Positions 13,574 through 25,364 of a stretch of DNA of 64,000 nucleotides are shown piece by piece. Origin of the DNA: Malacoraja senta. Its lineage: Eukaryota. The notes beneath the pieces are model-generated. The model did not search any database, was not told the origin of the DNA, and worked only from the letters and a program-made list of their open reading frames with translations. Where the stretch lies: contig CM075998.1 in NCBI GenBank assembly GCA_038087875.1, positions 4,590,001 to 4,654,000 of the forward strand, given 5' to 3'. Position numbers and translations under genes: made by a program. The first letter of the stretch is position 1; every line of letters begins with the position of its first letter.

Positions 13574-15757
13574 CTAGCAGAATTGGGAGAATTCAATGTT
13601 CAAGCCCCCAGGATGTAGACTGCCCAAGCGGAATATGAGGTGCATTTCCTCCAATTTACGGTGTTGCTCGCTGTGGCCATGGAGGAGACCCAGGACGGAG
13701 AGGTCAGATACGGAATGGGAGGGGGAGTTGAAGTGCTGAGCCACCGGGAGGTCAGGTTGGTTATTGCGGACCGACCGGAGGTGTTCGGCGAAACGATCGC
13801 CAAGCCTCCGCTTGGTCTCACCGATGTAGATCAGCTGGCATCTAGAGCAGCGGATGCAATAGATGAGGTTGGAGGAGATGCAGGTGAACCTCTGTCGCAC
13901 CTGGAACGACTGCTTGGGTCCTTGAATGGAGTAGAGGGGGGAGGTGAAGGGACAAGTGTTGCATCTCTTGCGGTTGCAAGGGAAAGTACCAGGGGAGGGG
14001 GTGGTATGGGAGGGAAGGGAAGAATTGACAAGGGAGTTACGGAGGGAGCGGTCTTTGCGGAAGGCAGACATGGGAGGAGATGGGAAGATGTGGCAAGTGG
14101 TGGGGTCACGTTGGAGGTGGCGAAACTGACGGAGGATCACTTGTTGTATGTGACGGCTGGTGGGGTGAAAGGTGAGGACTAGGGGGACTCTGCCCTTGTT
14201 GTGAGTAGGGGGATGGGGAGAGAGAGCAGTGTTGCGGGGTATGGCAGAGACCCTGGTGCGAGCCTCATCTATGGTGGAGGAGGGGAACCCCCGTTCCCTG
14301 AAGAATGAGGACATTTCAGATGCCCTGGTGTGGAACGCCTCATCCTGGGAGCAGATGCGGCGTAGACGGAGGAATTGGGAGTGGGGGATGGAGTCCTTAC
14401 AGGAAGCAGGGTGGGAAGAAGTGTAGTCCAGATAGCCATGGGAGTCGGTAGGTTTGTAGTGGATGTCGGTAAGGAGTCTATCACCTGCGATGGAGATAGT
14501 GAGGTCAAGGAATGGTAGGGAAGTATCGGAAATGGTCCAGGTGTATTTGAGTGCCGGATGGAAGTTGGTGGTGAAGCGGATGAAGTCAGTCAGTTGTGTG
14601 TGGGTGCAGGATGTGGCACCAAAACAATCATCGATGTAGCGGAGGTAGAGGTCAGGGATGGGGCCCTGGTACGCATTGAACAAGGATTGTTCTACGTACC
14701 CGACAAAGAGGCAGGCGTAGCTGGGGCCCATGCGTGTGCCCATAGCTACGCCTTGTATTTGGAGGAAATGGGAGGAGTCAAATGAAAAGTTATTAAGTGT
14801 AAGGACCAGCTCCGCTAGGCGGAGGAGGGTGTCAGTGGCCGGGTATAGATTGCTTCTATGGTCGAAGAAAAAACGGAGGGCTTCGAGACCATCCTGGTGG
14901 GGGATGGAAGTGTACAATGACTGGACGTCCATGGTGAAGATGAGGGGGTCAGGGCCTAGAGAGTGGAATGCGCGGAGATGACGGAGGGTGTCTGAGGTGT
15001 CTTGAACATAGGTAGGGAGGGATTTAACCAAGGGGGATAGGATGGAGTCGAGGTAGGTGGAGATGAGTTCGGTGGGGCACGAACAGGCAGAGACAATGGG
15101 TCTACCGGGACAGTCAGGTTTGTGGATTTTGGGGAGAAGGTAAAAGCGGGCTGTGCGGGGCTGGGGAACGATGAGGTTGGAGGCTCAGTCGGGCAGGGCG
15201 TGGGAGTGGATGAAGTCGGTGATGGTGCTGGAGATGGTGGCCTGGTGCTCGTCAGTGGGGTCATGGTCCAGGGGTAAGTAGGAGGAGGTGTCCGAGAGTT
15301 GGCGCGTGGCCTCAGCCTTGTAGAGATCGACGCGCCAGACTACCACGGCAGCTCCCTTGTCGGCGGGTTTGATAACCCAATGTAGGTTGTTGCGGAGTGA
15401 GTCGATGGCAGTGCGATCAGGGGGGGAGAGATTGGAGTGAGACAGGGGAGTGGAGAAGTTGAGGCGGTTGATGTCACGGCGGCAGTTTTGAATAAAGAGT
15501 TCTAAAGCCGGAAGGCTACGAGGGGGGTTCCATGAGGAGGGGGTGCGTTGGAGACGGGAAAAGGGGTCATCAGTGGGGAGCGAGGACTCCTTCCCATGGA
15601 AGTGAGCTGTGAGGCGGAGGCGACGGTAGAAGCGTTCCAAGTCATGGAGGGCACGGAACTCATTGAGATGGGGACGGAGGGGGACAAAGGTAAGACCTCT
15701 GCTGAGGACAGACCGTTCGATGTCGGAGAGGGGGAGGTCGGGGGGGATGGTGAACAC
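13574..15757 (-). pseudogene. Penelope RT + GIY-YIG endonuclease ORF with one in-frame TGA at 15185-15187
   Basis: Motifs IKPADKG, FYLLPKIHK..GRPIVS, MDVQSLYTSIP, QGVAMG, RYIDD, linker CNRKRCNTC, NLIYCIRCSRCQLIYIGET...EH...HFN...GLN. The 190-aa and 485-aa ORFs share one frame, with 51 open codons between them. Confidence 0.92.
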
Positions 15758-18393
15758 CCGGCAGGGATGGGGGTTGGGGCCGGAGGAAGGCAGGTGGGTG
15801 GAATGGGGACGAGGCGATGTGTGGTGGGGGGGGTGGTGGGTGTTCAGGGGGTGGGGGGGGTGAGAGGGCTGTGGTGTGGGTGTGGAAGAGAAGTGGTCCC
15901 ATAGTTGGAGAGGGATGGGGAAGAATCAGTGGAACTAACACTGAGATAACCCGGGCTAGGCAGACTAGCGCTAGGACCCAGTGGAGTCAAACCCCGGAGA
16001 GTAGGAGTGAGCAGCGTGGAGGCTAATATATGGTTTTGAAAAGATTGTGTGTCAGAATGCTCCAAATACATTCCATTCAATTAGTTCTGATAGTAATCTT
16101 TGATTTTGTAGTCTTAGTTTGTGGTAAACAATCCTAAACCGTATTTGGAAACTAGGTCACTACCAAGGTTCGAGATAAAGCAAGTAATAGTTAAATGATA
16201 TCAAACACTTTAAAGTTCAAAGATTGTAAAAGGAAGACACAAAAGGTTATTTGTAGTCTTTAGGAGTTCCATTGAGTAGTTATATTATTTTTAATATTAA
16301 TAGGAGATTCACAAAGATAGAAGTGTTACGAGGATAAGAGATTTGGAGCTTAGAAGAAACTTTGAATATTTTCAGATCTTGGGCTTAAATTTATAATAGA
16401 TATTATAATTGATCCATTCCTCTGATGGTAAAACAAAGTAGGGAAAATCTCCAATATTTCTTTGCTCGAACCATTGCATGTTATGATATCCTTTTTTATT
16501 AGCTGTTTTTTTGTTGTGGGTAAGGTGATGCTTTTGCAAACCTTGTACATTGTCAAGTTCTGATCAGGTCCTGGTCACTGGACACCTATCCTGAAGAGTA
16601 AACATATCGTCATTGCAGATATTTCTCTGATCATCTATCCTTGTAGTTTGGAGAGAACCACCATTATTCACAGCTGTTCCTGCATCTGTTTCAGCACTGA
16701 CACAGTAGTTATTTAAATATTTTGTATTTTGATAATCCATGTTTAAATGTGCCGGCAGTTACTGCACTGAATGCACTGGGTGAGGTAATGGAGAGAGCTA
16801 CCAGACCCTTGGAGTGATGCATAACCACTATGAGAGAATTGAATTTCTAAAAATAGATAAATAATGTAAATGGGTAATTAATACAGGTCTTTTTAGCAAT
16901 GGTTGCTAAAAAGACCTGTATTAATTACTGTATTAAATATAACAGTATGAATAAAAATGGGTGTCCTTTTTCTGGACTAAATATTTACCTGTTGTATCAC
17001 AATTCTGCTGTGGATTTTCAAGAGATGAAAAAAATGGCGATGAAAGCAAGTTTGCTATTCGTTTCTCACTGTAGAAATTCCCACAACTAAAGGAGGAGGA
17101 ATTTTTGCTCTATATTAAGTTATGGATGGAAAGTTGTGGGTAAAAGCTTGCAAAACCCTTGAAAATCATAGTCCTTGGAAACAAATGAGCACTCCCAGTG
17201 GCAGGAATATGAGTTACAACCATGCATTCTCAAAAAGGTGAACAAACTGATAAAAGTTGCCCTTCAGTTTTAATGTCCACTTCCTCCCACTCCACACTTT
17301 TTCTCCCTCCTCTGCTCTCTGCCGTGAAAATACTACAGTAGATAAAAGCCAATAATTCACTCCTGGCAATGCACACCTAGTGCATGTCATGTAAAGAATA
17401 GCTGATATCTGAGAGGAACAGAAGCAGATGTGGTGATGGATGTCTAACATTTCTAGTTCAGCTGCTGTGTAGATAGTGGGCTGATTCCATATGATACACA
17501 CAGCAGTATCAGCTTCTATGCATTGTGTAGTTTAAGTAGCATTCACTAAAGACTAAATTATGCAAGCTCATCTTTATGCTTCTACAAAAGAGCAAGGTCT
17601 GATGTAAGTAGTTGGATTATGCAACACAGTCTCTGATAGACTGGACTAATTCAACAGCAATTTAGTTTTGCTTTGGGGGATTGCTATCTTCATCAATTTA
17701 GGATTATTATTTGTAAGAATGTTTGAGATGATGCAAAGAAATAAGGCTTTCCTTTATTTTAATATACAGTAACATTCAAGTTGTAGCATATGACAAGGCA
17801 TTTAAATATAACAGTGTGACTAAAACATTGTTTTCTTTTTTGGCAGGTTTAATGGAACTGTTATCAAAATTGTGCTTAAAAAATCAGCAACTTAAGATGA
17901 AGGTATAATTCAGCAAAGCAGGAACCTGATGTTGCTTACCAAGTAGGGAAGGTAAGAATAATGAGATATAGAATTCCCTTCTTTCTAGATTGCTTAACTG
18001 ATACAGAAATTGAGGGTTTGTGGACTTTTTTGGAAACTGTACAGTGCGTTGATATACTAAATCAATGTTTCTGGCATGTGTGTACAATCCTAGTGCCATT
18101 ATTAAAGATGTAGATCAGACAGATTGTAACATTGATGATTTAATGCTGGTGCTGCCATTTTGGAGCAGGCTTTGGACTAAATCCCTTAACCTTCCACGTT
18201 TAAAACTAGGCTCGGTAACATGAAGGATTAACTATTAGGTTGGTTAATTAATTATTACTTTTGGTTGTTGGTAAAATTCTATGCTATTGTGGGTTATTTT
18301 CATTATTCTACAGGGAATTGTCCAACTGATACTAAAATTGCTTTTCTAAGGACTTCAGGGTTTGAAAACCAGTTAGTTGCTTGCAGGCATGAA

Positions 18394-18461
18394 TGGTAGA
18401 ATACTTCTTGCCTATAAGCATTGTTGCCTGGTAGAATACTTCTTGCCTATAAGCATTGTTG
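18394..18461. repeat. Two-copy direct tandem duplication, 35-bp period
   Basis: TGGTAGAATACTTCTTGCCTATAAGCATTGTTG repeated exactly. Confidence 0.9.
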
Positions 18462-18475
18462 GGAAAATGAGCACA

Positions 18476-19040
18476 TGAATGAATGAATGAATGAATACTT
18501 TATTGTCATTATAACATGTAAACATGTACAACGAAATTAGAAATGCCAGCCAGTCAGTGCACCATTCACACATTATCTAAAAGCAAAAGTCTAAAATAAA
18601 CAACTAAAATAAATAACATGGAAAAAAAAAACATTCTTCTGTCGATTTCACAGTCCCTTTTGGTGTGTAGCACACCTGCACTCATTTGGTGGCTACATTA
18701 AGTGTAGTTATTGCTGTGGGATAAAAACTGTTTTTGAGTCTGTTTGTCCTTGTCCTCATTGATCTGTACCGTCTGCCTGACGGCAGCAGTTCAAACAGGG
18801 AGTGACCGGGGTGGAAAATGTCCTTTATGATGTTCTGGGATTTTTTGAGAGTGGGAACTGTGTAGGTCCTCCAAGGTAAGGAGAGGGCAGCCGATAATCT
18901 TCTGGGCGTTGTCAATAGCCCTCTGGAGCGCTTTCCTCTTAGCCGCTGTGCAGCTGGTGTACCACACGCATACACAATATGTTAAGATGCTCTCTATTGA
19001 GCACCGATAAAAGGATAGCAGCAGTCTCTGGGTGATGGCA
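18476..19040 (-). mobile_element. Rex1/Babar LINE 3' fragment
   Basis: Frameshifted FYRCSIESILTYC..VWY...LQR and HPGHSLFELLPSGRRYRS..TRTNRLKNSFYP; (ATTC)n tail. Confidence 0.85.
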
Positions 19041-19259
19041 GTACAAGCTGCACAAAGAGGGAGGAGGAGGAAGAGAAGAGAGCTTTCAGTAGGAGACAAA
19101 GTTCACAGAAAATATTTTGGAGATGAAATTGCAGGAATGCTTAATGCCCTTGAAGAAGGTGTTTGATTATGGAGCTGTAATGACAATGGTCTACAGGACC
19201 TGGATATTAGGCAGAAGCCACATACATTGCATAGGAAGCTGGAATATTCAATTTGAGCA

Positions 19260-19540
19260 CAAATACATATAGGCGAATAATCTATTGCAGTGTTGGGTGA
19301 ATACTGCATTGTCAGAGGTGGAAATGTTCAAAAAAACATGCCATGGCTCCATCTGTCCCCTTGGTTATATGTGAATGATCCCATTACGTCATCTTGAAGA
19401 AGACAGGAGGAGTTATCCCTGGTGTCCTGGCCAATTTTTATTCCTCAACATCACTAAATCATTTTGTCATTATCACATTGCTATTTGCGGCATCATGCAA
19501 TGTGCATTGGCTGTTGTGTTTTCTATGTTATAACTGACTA
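19260..19540 (+). mobile_element. Old DeuSINE (SacSINE1-like) remnant; a second lies near 20090-20430
   Basis: Deu-domain-like GATCCCAT..GAAGAAGA..GGTGTCCTGGCCAAT..CTCAACATCACTAAA..GTCATTATCACATTGCT, recognised from memory of the consensus. Confidence 0.6.
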
Positions 19541-21220
19541 AAATCCTAGCCTTTAGGTGAAGTATGTATAGTCGGTGAGAAATCCACTGAGTATTCCAAA
19601 TTTGAAGAATATTAGGGTATCAACCTATATATTGGCAGGGATAAGTGAGGCAATGTTTAATTGACCTTCAGTCATAAAGCTGAATAGTAATGATATGTGT
19701 TAGCTTAATAAATTAACTCATGCCTTTGCAATTATTTTTGATCAGGTAATATTTGTCCTTTTGGTTGTAGGTGAATATTTGTTTTAGAATGCCTTTTATT
19801 GTCATTCAAGCAGCTTGGTTTGAACGAAATTTCATTCCTACAGTCTTAACATGCTACCACAAAGTATTGTTGCAGTAGCTTTAATTTATTGTCATTTGAG
19901 ACCCTCCGATTCTTCTATTTTCCATCCCGATTATTTTCTTTCAGCTGAAGTAATACTCGCTATCTGTAGTTCTGTCTCCCACGGAGTACTTTGTGCGTCT
20001 TTCTACAACTTATCTTTCAGCACCTGCACTTGGTTTTCTAGAAATTCGTCCTGTCTCCTTGGAAAAAAAGGGAAACAAACTGAGCCAAGAATTTACCTCG
20101 AGTCAGAAGGTTAAGTGTTCACGTTTCACTGCAGAGACTTGAGCACAAAATCTAAAGTGGAACTCCAGTTGAATACTGAAGGGTATCTGTCCTTTTGGAG
20201 GCACTGTCTTTATCTGCCTTTTTAAATGAATATAAAAGATTTGTTGGCACATAGCAAAAAAGAGTAGGCAAGTTCCTGTGTTCAGGACAATATCACTTGT
20301 CAAACATTGCAAAAGTTGAACTGGTTTATCTGTAGACGTTTTGCACAAAATGACAGTTGTACTTCATATATAACAACAATTACATTACAGAAAGCAATTG
20401 GATTTAAAATGTGTTGTGACATACTGTATAAATCTTCATTCTATCTCTCCTAGTAAACTGCTTTCTTGAACTGTTGCAGTCCTTCTGGCGAAGGTAGTCT
20501 CACAGTATTGTTAGTTAGAGAGCTTCAATATTTAGATCCAGCAACAATGAGATTGTGGTTGCAGGTTTTGAAGGTGCTATCAAAGAAGCCTTGGAGAATA
20601 ACTTCAGTGCATTTTGTAGGTGGTGCAGCTTGCAGTTACTGTGCGCTTGCAATGGAGGGATTGAATGTTTAGGGTAATGGTTGGGGTGCTAATCAAGTGG
20701 GCTGCATTATTCTGAATAATACTGAATTTGTTGAGTGTTGTTGGTGCAGGCAAGTGGATAGTATTCTGCACTCCTGACATGCCTTGCAGATGGTGGAAAC
20801 AGTGTGGGATGTTAGCAGTGTGTGTCATTTGCCACAAGATGCCCTGAATCGTAACTGCTCTTGGAAGCGCAGTGTTTTTAATGGCTGGTTCAGTTGAGTT
20901 CCTGATCAACTGTGATTTGTGGCCTGTTGATGGTCGGGCACTTGGTGATGAGAGTTAAAGGTAGGTGTTTTGACTCTCTTGTTATACGTGGTCATTGCCT
21001 AACAATTGCGTAGGGTGAATGTCACTTGCCATTTCTATTGTCAAGACATGAACCATTTCAGTGCCTGAGTAGTTGAAAGTGAAATTGAACATTATGTTCA
21101 AACAATATTCTTTCCAAGCATCCCCCAGACTTCAAAGCACTTAATGTTGGTCCTCTTAAACCCTCTTAAAATTTGGTAATCCTCCAGTCGTCACAACGTG
21201 AAGTTATTGTCATAATAACT

Positions 21221-21546
21221 GGCGGCACGGTGGCGCAGTGGTAGAATTGCTGCCTTACGGCTATTGCAGCGCCGGAGACCCGGGTTCGATCCTGACTACA
21301 GGTGCTGTCTGTACGGAGTTTTACGTTCTCCCTGTGACTGCGTGAGTTTTCTCCAAGATCTTCGGTTTCCTCCCACACTCCAAAGATGTGCAGTATGGAG
21401 GTAAATTGACTTGGTAAATGTAAAAATTGTCCCTAGTGTGTGTAGGATAGTGTTATTACGCGGGGATCAGTGGTCGGCGCGAACCCGGTGGGCCAAAGGG
21501 CCTGTTTCCGCGCTGTATCTCTAAACTTAACTAAAATTAAACTAAA
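21221..21546 (+). mobile_element. tRNA-derived SINE (HE1/V-SINE-like) with a CR1-type tail
   Basis: A box TGGCGCAGTGG, B box GGTTCGATCC, V-domain-like core, tail GGGCCTGTTTCC..TATCTCTAAACTAAA. Confidence 0.85.
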
Positions 21547-22137
21547 TTGGAACCTGAAGACCAAATATGTAATGAAGCTTTGATAATTCTGTCACGCAAT
21601 CAAATTTACGATGGTTACTCCTCCTCTTCATTCTGCAATAAATGTCCTAGCCCCCTTGCATTTAACTCTAGACATCCCTTTCCCTCTGCTGTTGCATTAT
21701 TGTCCCAATTAATTTAAGATGAGTTTAAGACAAGTTAAGATTGGTCACTTTCCTAGTTATCTTCCTTATCACCTCCCAATGTGCAATTCCAGATCAAGGT
21801 TTGTATCCCCACTGACGGGCGAAGATAATTTACTGAGTAGTTGGTTTATCACTGTTGCATCTATTTATTTTGCCTCGGGTGATATTCTGTTTGTCCTTTA
21901 TATCCCTCCTCACTTGTGGCTCAATTAAGAAAAGAGGATTTATTTATCCTGCAGCCAAATGACATAGTCATTCACATTTGAAGAGATACAAGCTTAGTTT
22001 TAGAAATTCCCTACCTTGTTGTGAATATATTAAGTCTCAGCCATAATAGAGGTTCATAGAATTGTGAAATAGATGATCTTTGGTCTTCTCATTTGACACC
22101 TCTCAGTTTACCTTTGTCATCTCTCCTGGTTCCTCTT

Positions 22138-22212
22138 ACTCTTGACATGCTCTTGACATGCTATTCATTTGTAACTCTTGACATATACTCTTGACATGCT
22201 ATTCATTTGTAA
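22138..22212. repeat. Small compound tandem duplication
   Basis: CTCTTGACAT four times, and CTCTTGACATGCTATTCATTTGTAA twice. Confidence 0.85.
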
Positions 22213-22289
22213 AAAGAGATAAGCTGTTTTCATGGAATAGTTTGGAATAAGCTGTCCATCTTTGCTGTTTTCATGCAATAGTCATGGAA

Positions 22290-22620
22290 TTGAGAGTAGG
22301 GAAGATTCAAACAAGGGGACATGACGAGAATTAAGGGACAGAAGTTTAGGGGGAACATTAGGAGGAACTTCTTTACTCAGAGAGTGGTAGCTGTGTGGAA
22401 TGAGCTTCCAGTGGAAGTGGTGGAGGCAGGTTCGATGTTATCCTTTAAAAATAGATTGGATGGGTATATGGACAGGAAAGGAATAGAGGGTTATGGTCTG
22501 AGTGCAGGTAGATGGGACTAGGGGGAAGTATTTATTTATATATATTTTTTAAAATTTAAAAAAAATGTTCGGCACGGACTTGAAGGGCCGAGATGGCCTG
22601 TTTCCGTGCTGTTATGGTTA
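22290..22620 (+). mobile_element. CR1 3' end (other CR1 pieces near 1975-2130, 5500-5632, 6555-6775, 41325-41575, 49130-49330, 52820-52965, 54240-54480, 55110-55240, 62945-63060)
   Basis: RRNFFTQRVVAVWNELP ORF end and GGGCC.AA.GGCCT tail motif. Confidence 0.8.
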
Positions 22621-24099
22621 TATAGTTTAATGTAAATCTTAATATGTTACATTTCAGTAGTCTGTGCACAGTAAATAATTAAGGATAAGGGCGCAACAAA
22701 TTCTAGAAATCTTAGTTAGAAATTGAAAAATAATAGATCTGAACAATAGGTCATATCTGAGGGAACATTCAATACTTTGGTCTTTACCAGCACTTTAATG
22801 TTAACCCATCTTTTGCTTTCTATTCATGCCACCATATGCATTGTTGGTATTTTCGACTCTAATTTAACCTGCACTATATTTTTCAGTTGAATTCCCTAAA
22901 GCCTCAGCAAAGCAATTTCATTAATGAAGTTACAGTTCTTTTCTGTAAATGGTAGTGAATCCACCATTCAAACATTGCATACATTAGATCAGCTGTTACA
23001 AATGGATTGGGTTTCCAAGTTAGTGTATCTTACACTCATTTAATAAGTCTAGTAGTTAGTGTAATGTATACCTTTTCAGACCTATATTTGAAGTGAGATG
23101 GAAATTTAGGAGGGTGCTTTCTGTTCAAATACTTTTGCAATATACAGGAAAAGAAAGATTCAGGAAACTGTCCAATTTGTTGATGACATAATGCTTTTTG
23201 AAATTTTTCAAATTGGCCCCCAAACCATTCTGAGTGATAACTCTTAAAATGAGTAAATTCCCATGATGCAGTGACCATGACTGGCTCTGGTAAAGGATAT
23301 GTGCAGGAAGGAACTGCAGATGCTGGTTTACACCGCAGATAGACACTAAATGCTGGAGTAACTCAACGGGACAGGCAGCATCTCTGGACCCAAAATTACC
23401 CAAACTACAAAAGTCCAAAAATTGATGAAAAATTGTAAATGAGACAATGCTGGTTAAATACAAAGGGAGTGCTTTGAATAAGGCAGTATATTAAATTGTT
23501 CTCCTTTGAAAGTTCAAAAGGTTAGGAATAAATTCTGCTCTGAAGTATTTTCACATCCTCGCTTTGGCCCGCCTTTTATATTCCCTGACTCTCTCAACAG
23601 ATACAGTAGCTAGCATGTATGTAAGGGCACTAAACCTCAGGTTTTGTTTACTCCTAACTTTGGTTTGGCATTGTTTCACAATGTGATAAATAGGATCATT
23701 TTTCAGGTCAACTGTTCCAACCCCAGGACATCACTACAGAAGTTCTTCAGGCCAGTGACCTAGGCACAGCTGCCTTCAGCTGCTGCATGAGGTAGGAAGT
23801 GAGGGGTTTGCTGCTGATTGCACCATGTTCAGTTTAATTTGCAAATCTTTACAGACCATGAAGCAATCCATACCTGCTGGCAGAAACCAGGTGTGGGTTA
23901 GTGAATGGCAAACTAGGCAGTGCCCATATCCACCAGTTGTGTCTAACCACTAAAGCTGGACAATCAAAGATATTGCTATTGCAAGGTTCCTCTCTATCAA
24001 TATCCTCAGCGGTCAGTATGGACCAGGAACTCAAGTAGGCCAGTCACATAAATGCTGTGGCTACGGAGTAATGCAATTCAGAGGCTGGGTAATCCTGTG

Positions 24100-24776
24100 T
24101 GATCTCTGCCCTACCAATGTTTCTGAGACCTGGACTGCCAACTGTAGCCACTTAAACGCTAGAAAAATGCCATCAACACTGTATCTAAAATTCCTCCTAA
24201 TTCAGTGGAAGGATAAGCAAATCTAGAGTCAGTGTGTCCAGTTCGACATTCCCAACAATGAGGCTGTAGTTACACTCAGCTAGCTACACGAACACGCCAC
24301 GTCAATTGACATCAGTCTCCCAAAAATGATATTCTATTCCAACATAAAAACACAAAATCCCAGTCTCTGGGAAGAAATTGCTAGACAGTAAGATTCAAAG
24401 CTATGCTCAAAGCCTCCTTGATCACATCAAAAAGTGATGTGATTGATCATTCCTTGATTTGGTCAAGGAGGCTTGATCATTCCGTGGCTCAAGCCCTGTC
24501 CTCACTGTCTTCTGAGAATCTTTGGCCCATGATTTCTTAAAAGTGGAGCATTTAGGATGGTATTTCAAACCTTGTGACTATGCAATGGGATCACACAGAG
24601 GCATAAGCAGTGGAAGAAGCACACCATCTCACAAAGTATCCATTCACCCCTTCAGGCAACCACTACTCCATCTGTGGAAATGTCTCCAAGTCCCACATTG
24701 GCCTCATCAGTCACCTCAGATTTGGAGTAGACGCAAGTTATCCTCGATCCGGAGGGACTCCCCAAGAAGAAGAAAA
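24100..24776 (+). mobile_element. Decayed RTE-clade LINE 3' fragment (second copy ~40030-40340)
   Basis: C-terminal zinc knuckle ICGNVSKSHIGLISHLR and an (AAG)n tail. Confidence 0.7.
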
Positions 24777-25273
24777 CGTGATCCTGTGTGTGTCTGGATG
24801 AATGCAATTTCAACAATATTTAAGATAATCGAAACAATCCAGACAAAACCCAGCACACCAAGTTGCCACCACAGCAGTTGTCTCTCGATCATCAACTATG
24901 TTATCAATGCAACAATGCCAATTGCTCACAAATAGCCCACTTGCTGATGCTTCAATTTAGTTAATCCAAGACTTTTCGGCTCCATTCATAAGCCTTGGTC
25001 CAAACATGACATTGAGGTGGGGGCCAAGAGTGATTTCCCTTGATATTAAGGATTTGTCTTGCTATTTGGGAATACGACATACCTGGGCAATTTTTCACAT
25101 CGTCATATAAACGCTAGCAGTGGGTTCAAGTTTCATTTTGGAAACTTTTCAACAAAGCTCTACACTAACAAGTCCATGATGGTACACTGTCAGAAGTGTC
25201 ATGTCAAAGAATTAAAAGTTAATACAAGTGAAGTCAGCTCTCTAAGCATTGACAAGAAAGATCCAATGATACT

Positions 25274-25364
25274 GAAGAAGGGTCTCGACCCGAAACGTTG
25301 CCTTTTTCCTTCGCTCCATAGATGCTGCCTCACCCGCTGAGTTTCTCCAGCATTTTTGTCTACC
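25274..25364 (+). mobile_element. Short Penelope end fragment starting at the hammerhead core
   Basis: CTGAAGAAGGGTCTCGACCCGAAACGTT at 25272-25299. 12-bp TSD TCCAATGATACT at 25262-25273 and 25365-25376. Confidence 0.85.

Larger units (their letters stand above)
13367..16023 (-). mobile_element. Penelope-like retroelement (Neptune-type), 5' truncated
   Basis: Encodes RT and GIY-YIG domains. Flanked by an 11-bp TSD TAATATATGGT (13356-13366 and 16024-16034). The 3' end carries a hammerhead core. Confidence 0.93.

Noticed and set aside
21221..21300. SINE heads as functional tRNA genes
   Set aside because: They run directly into SINE core and tail and lack a complete cloverleaf.
18394..22212. 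Short direct repeats as CRISPR-like arrays
   Set aside because: Only two adjacent copies without spacers, in eukaryotic DNA.
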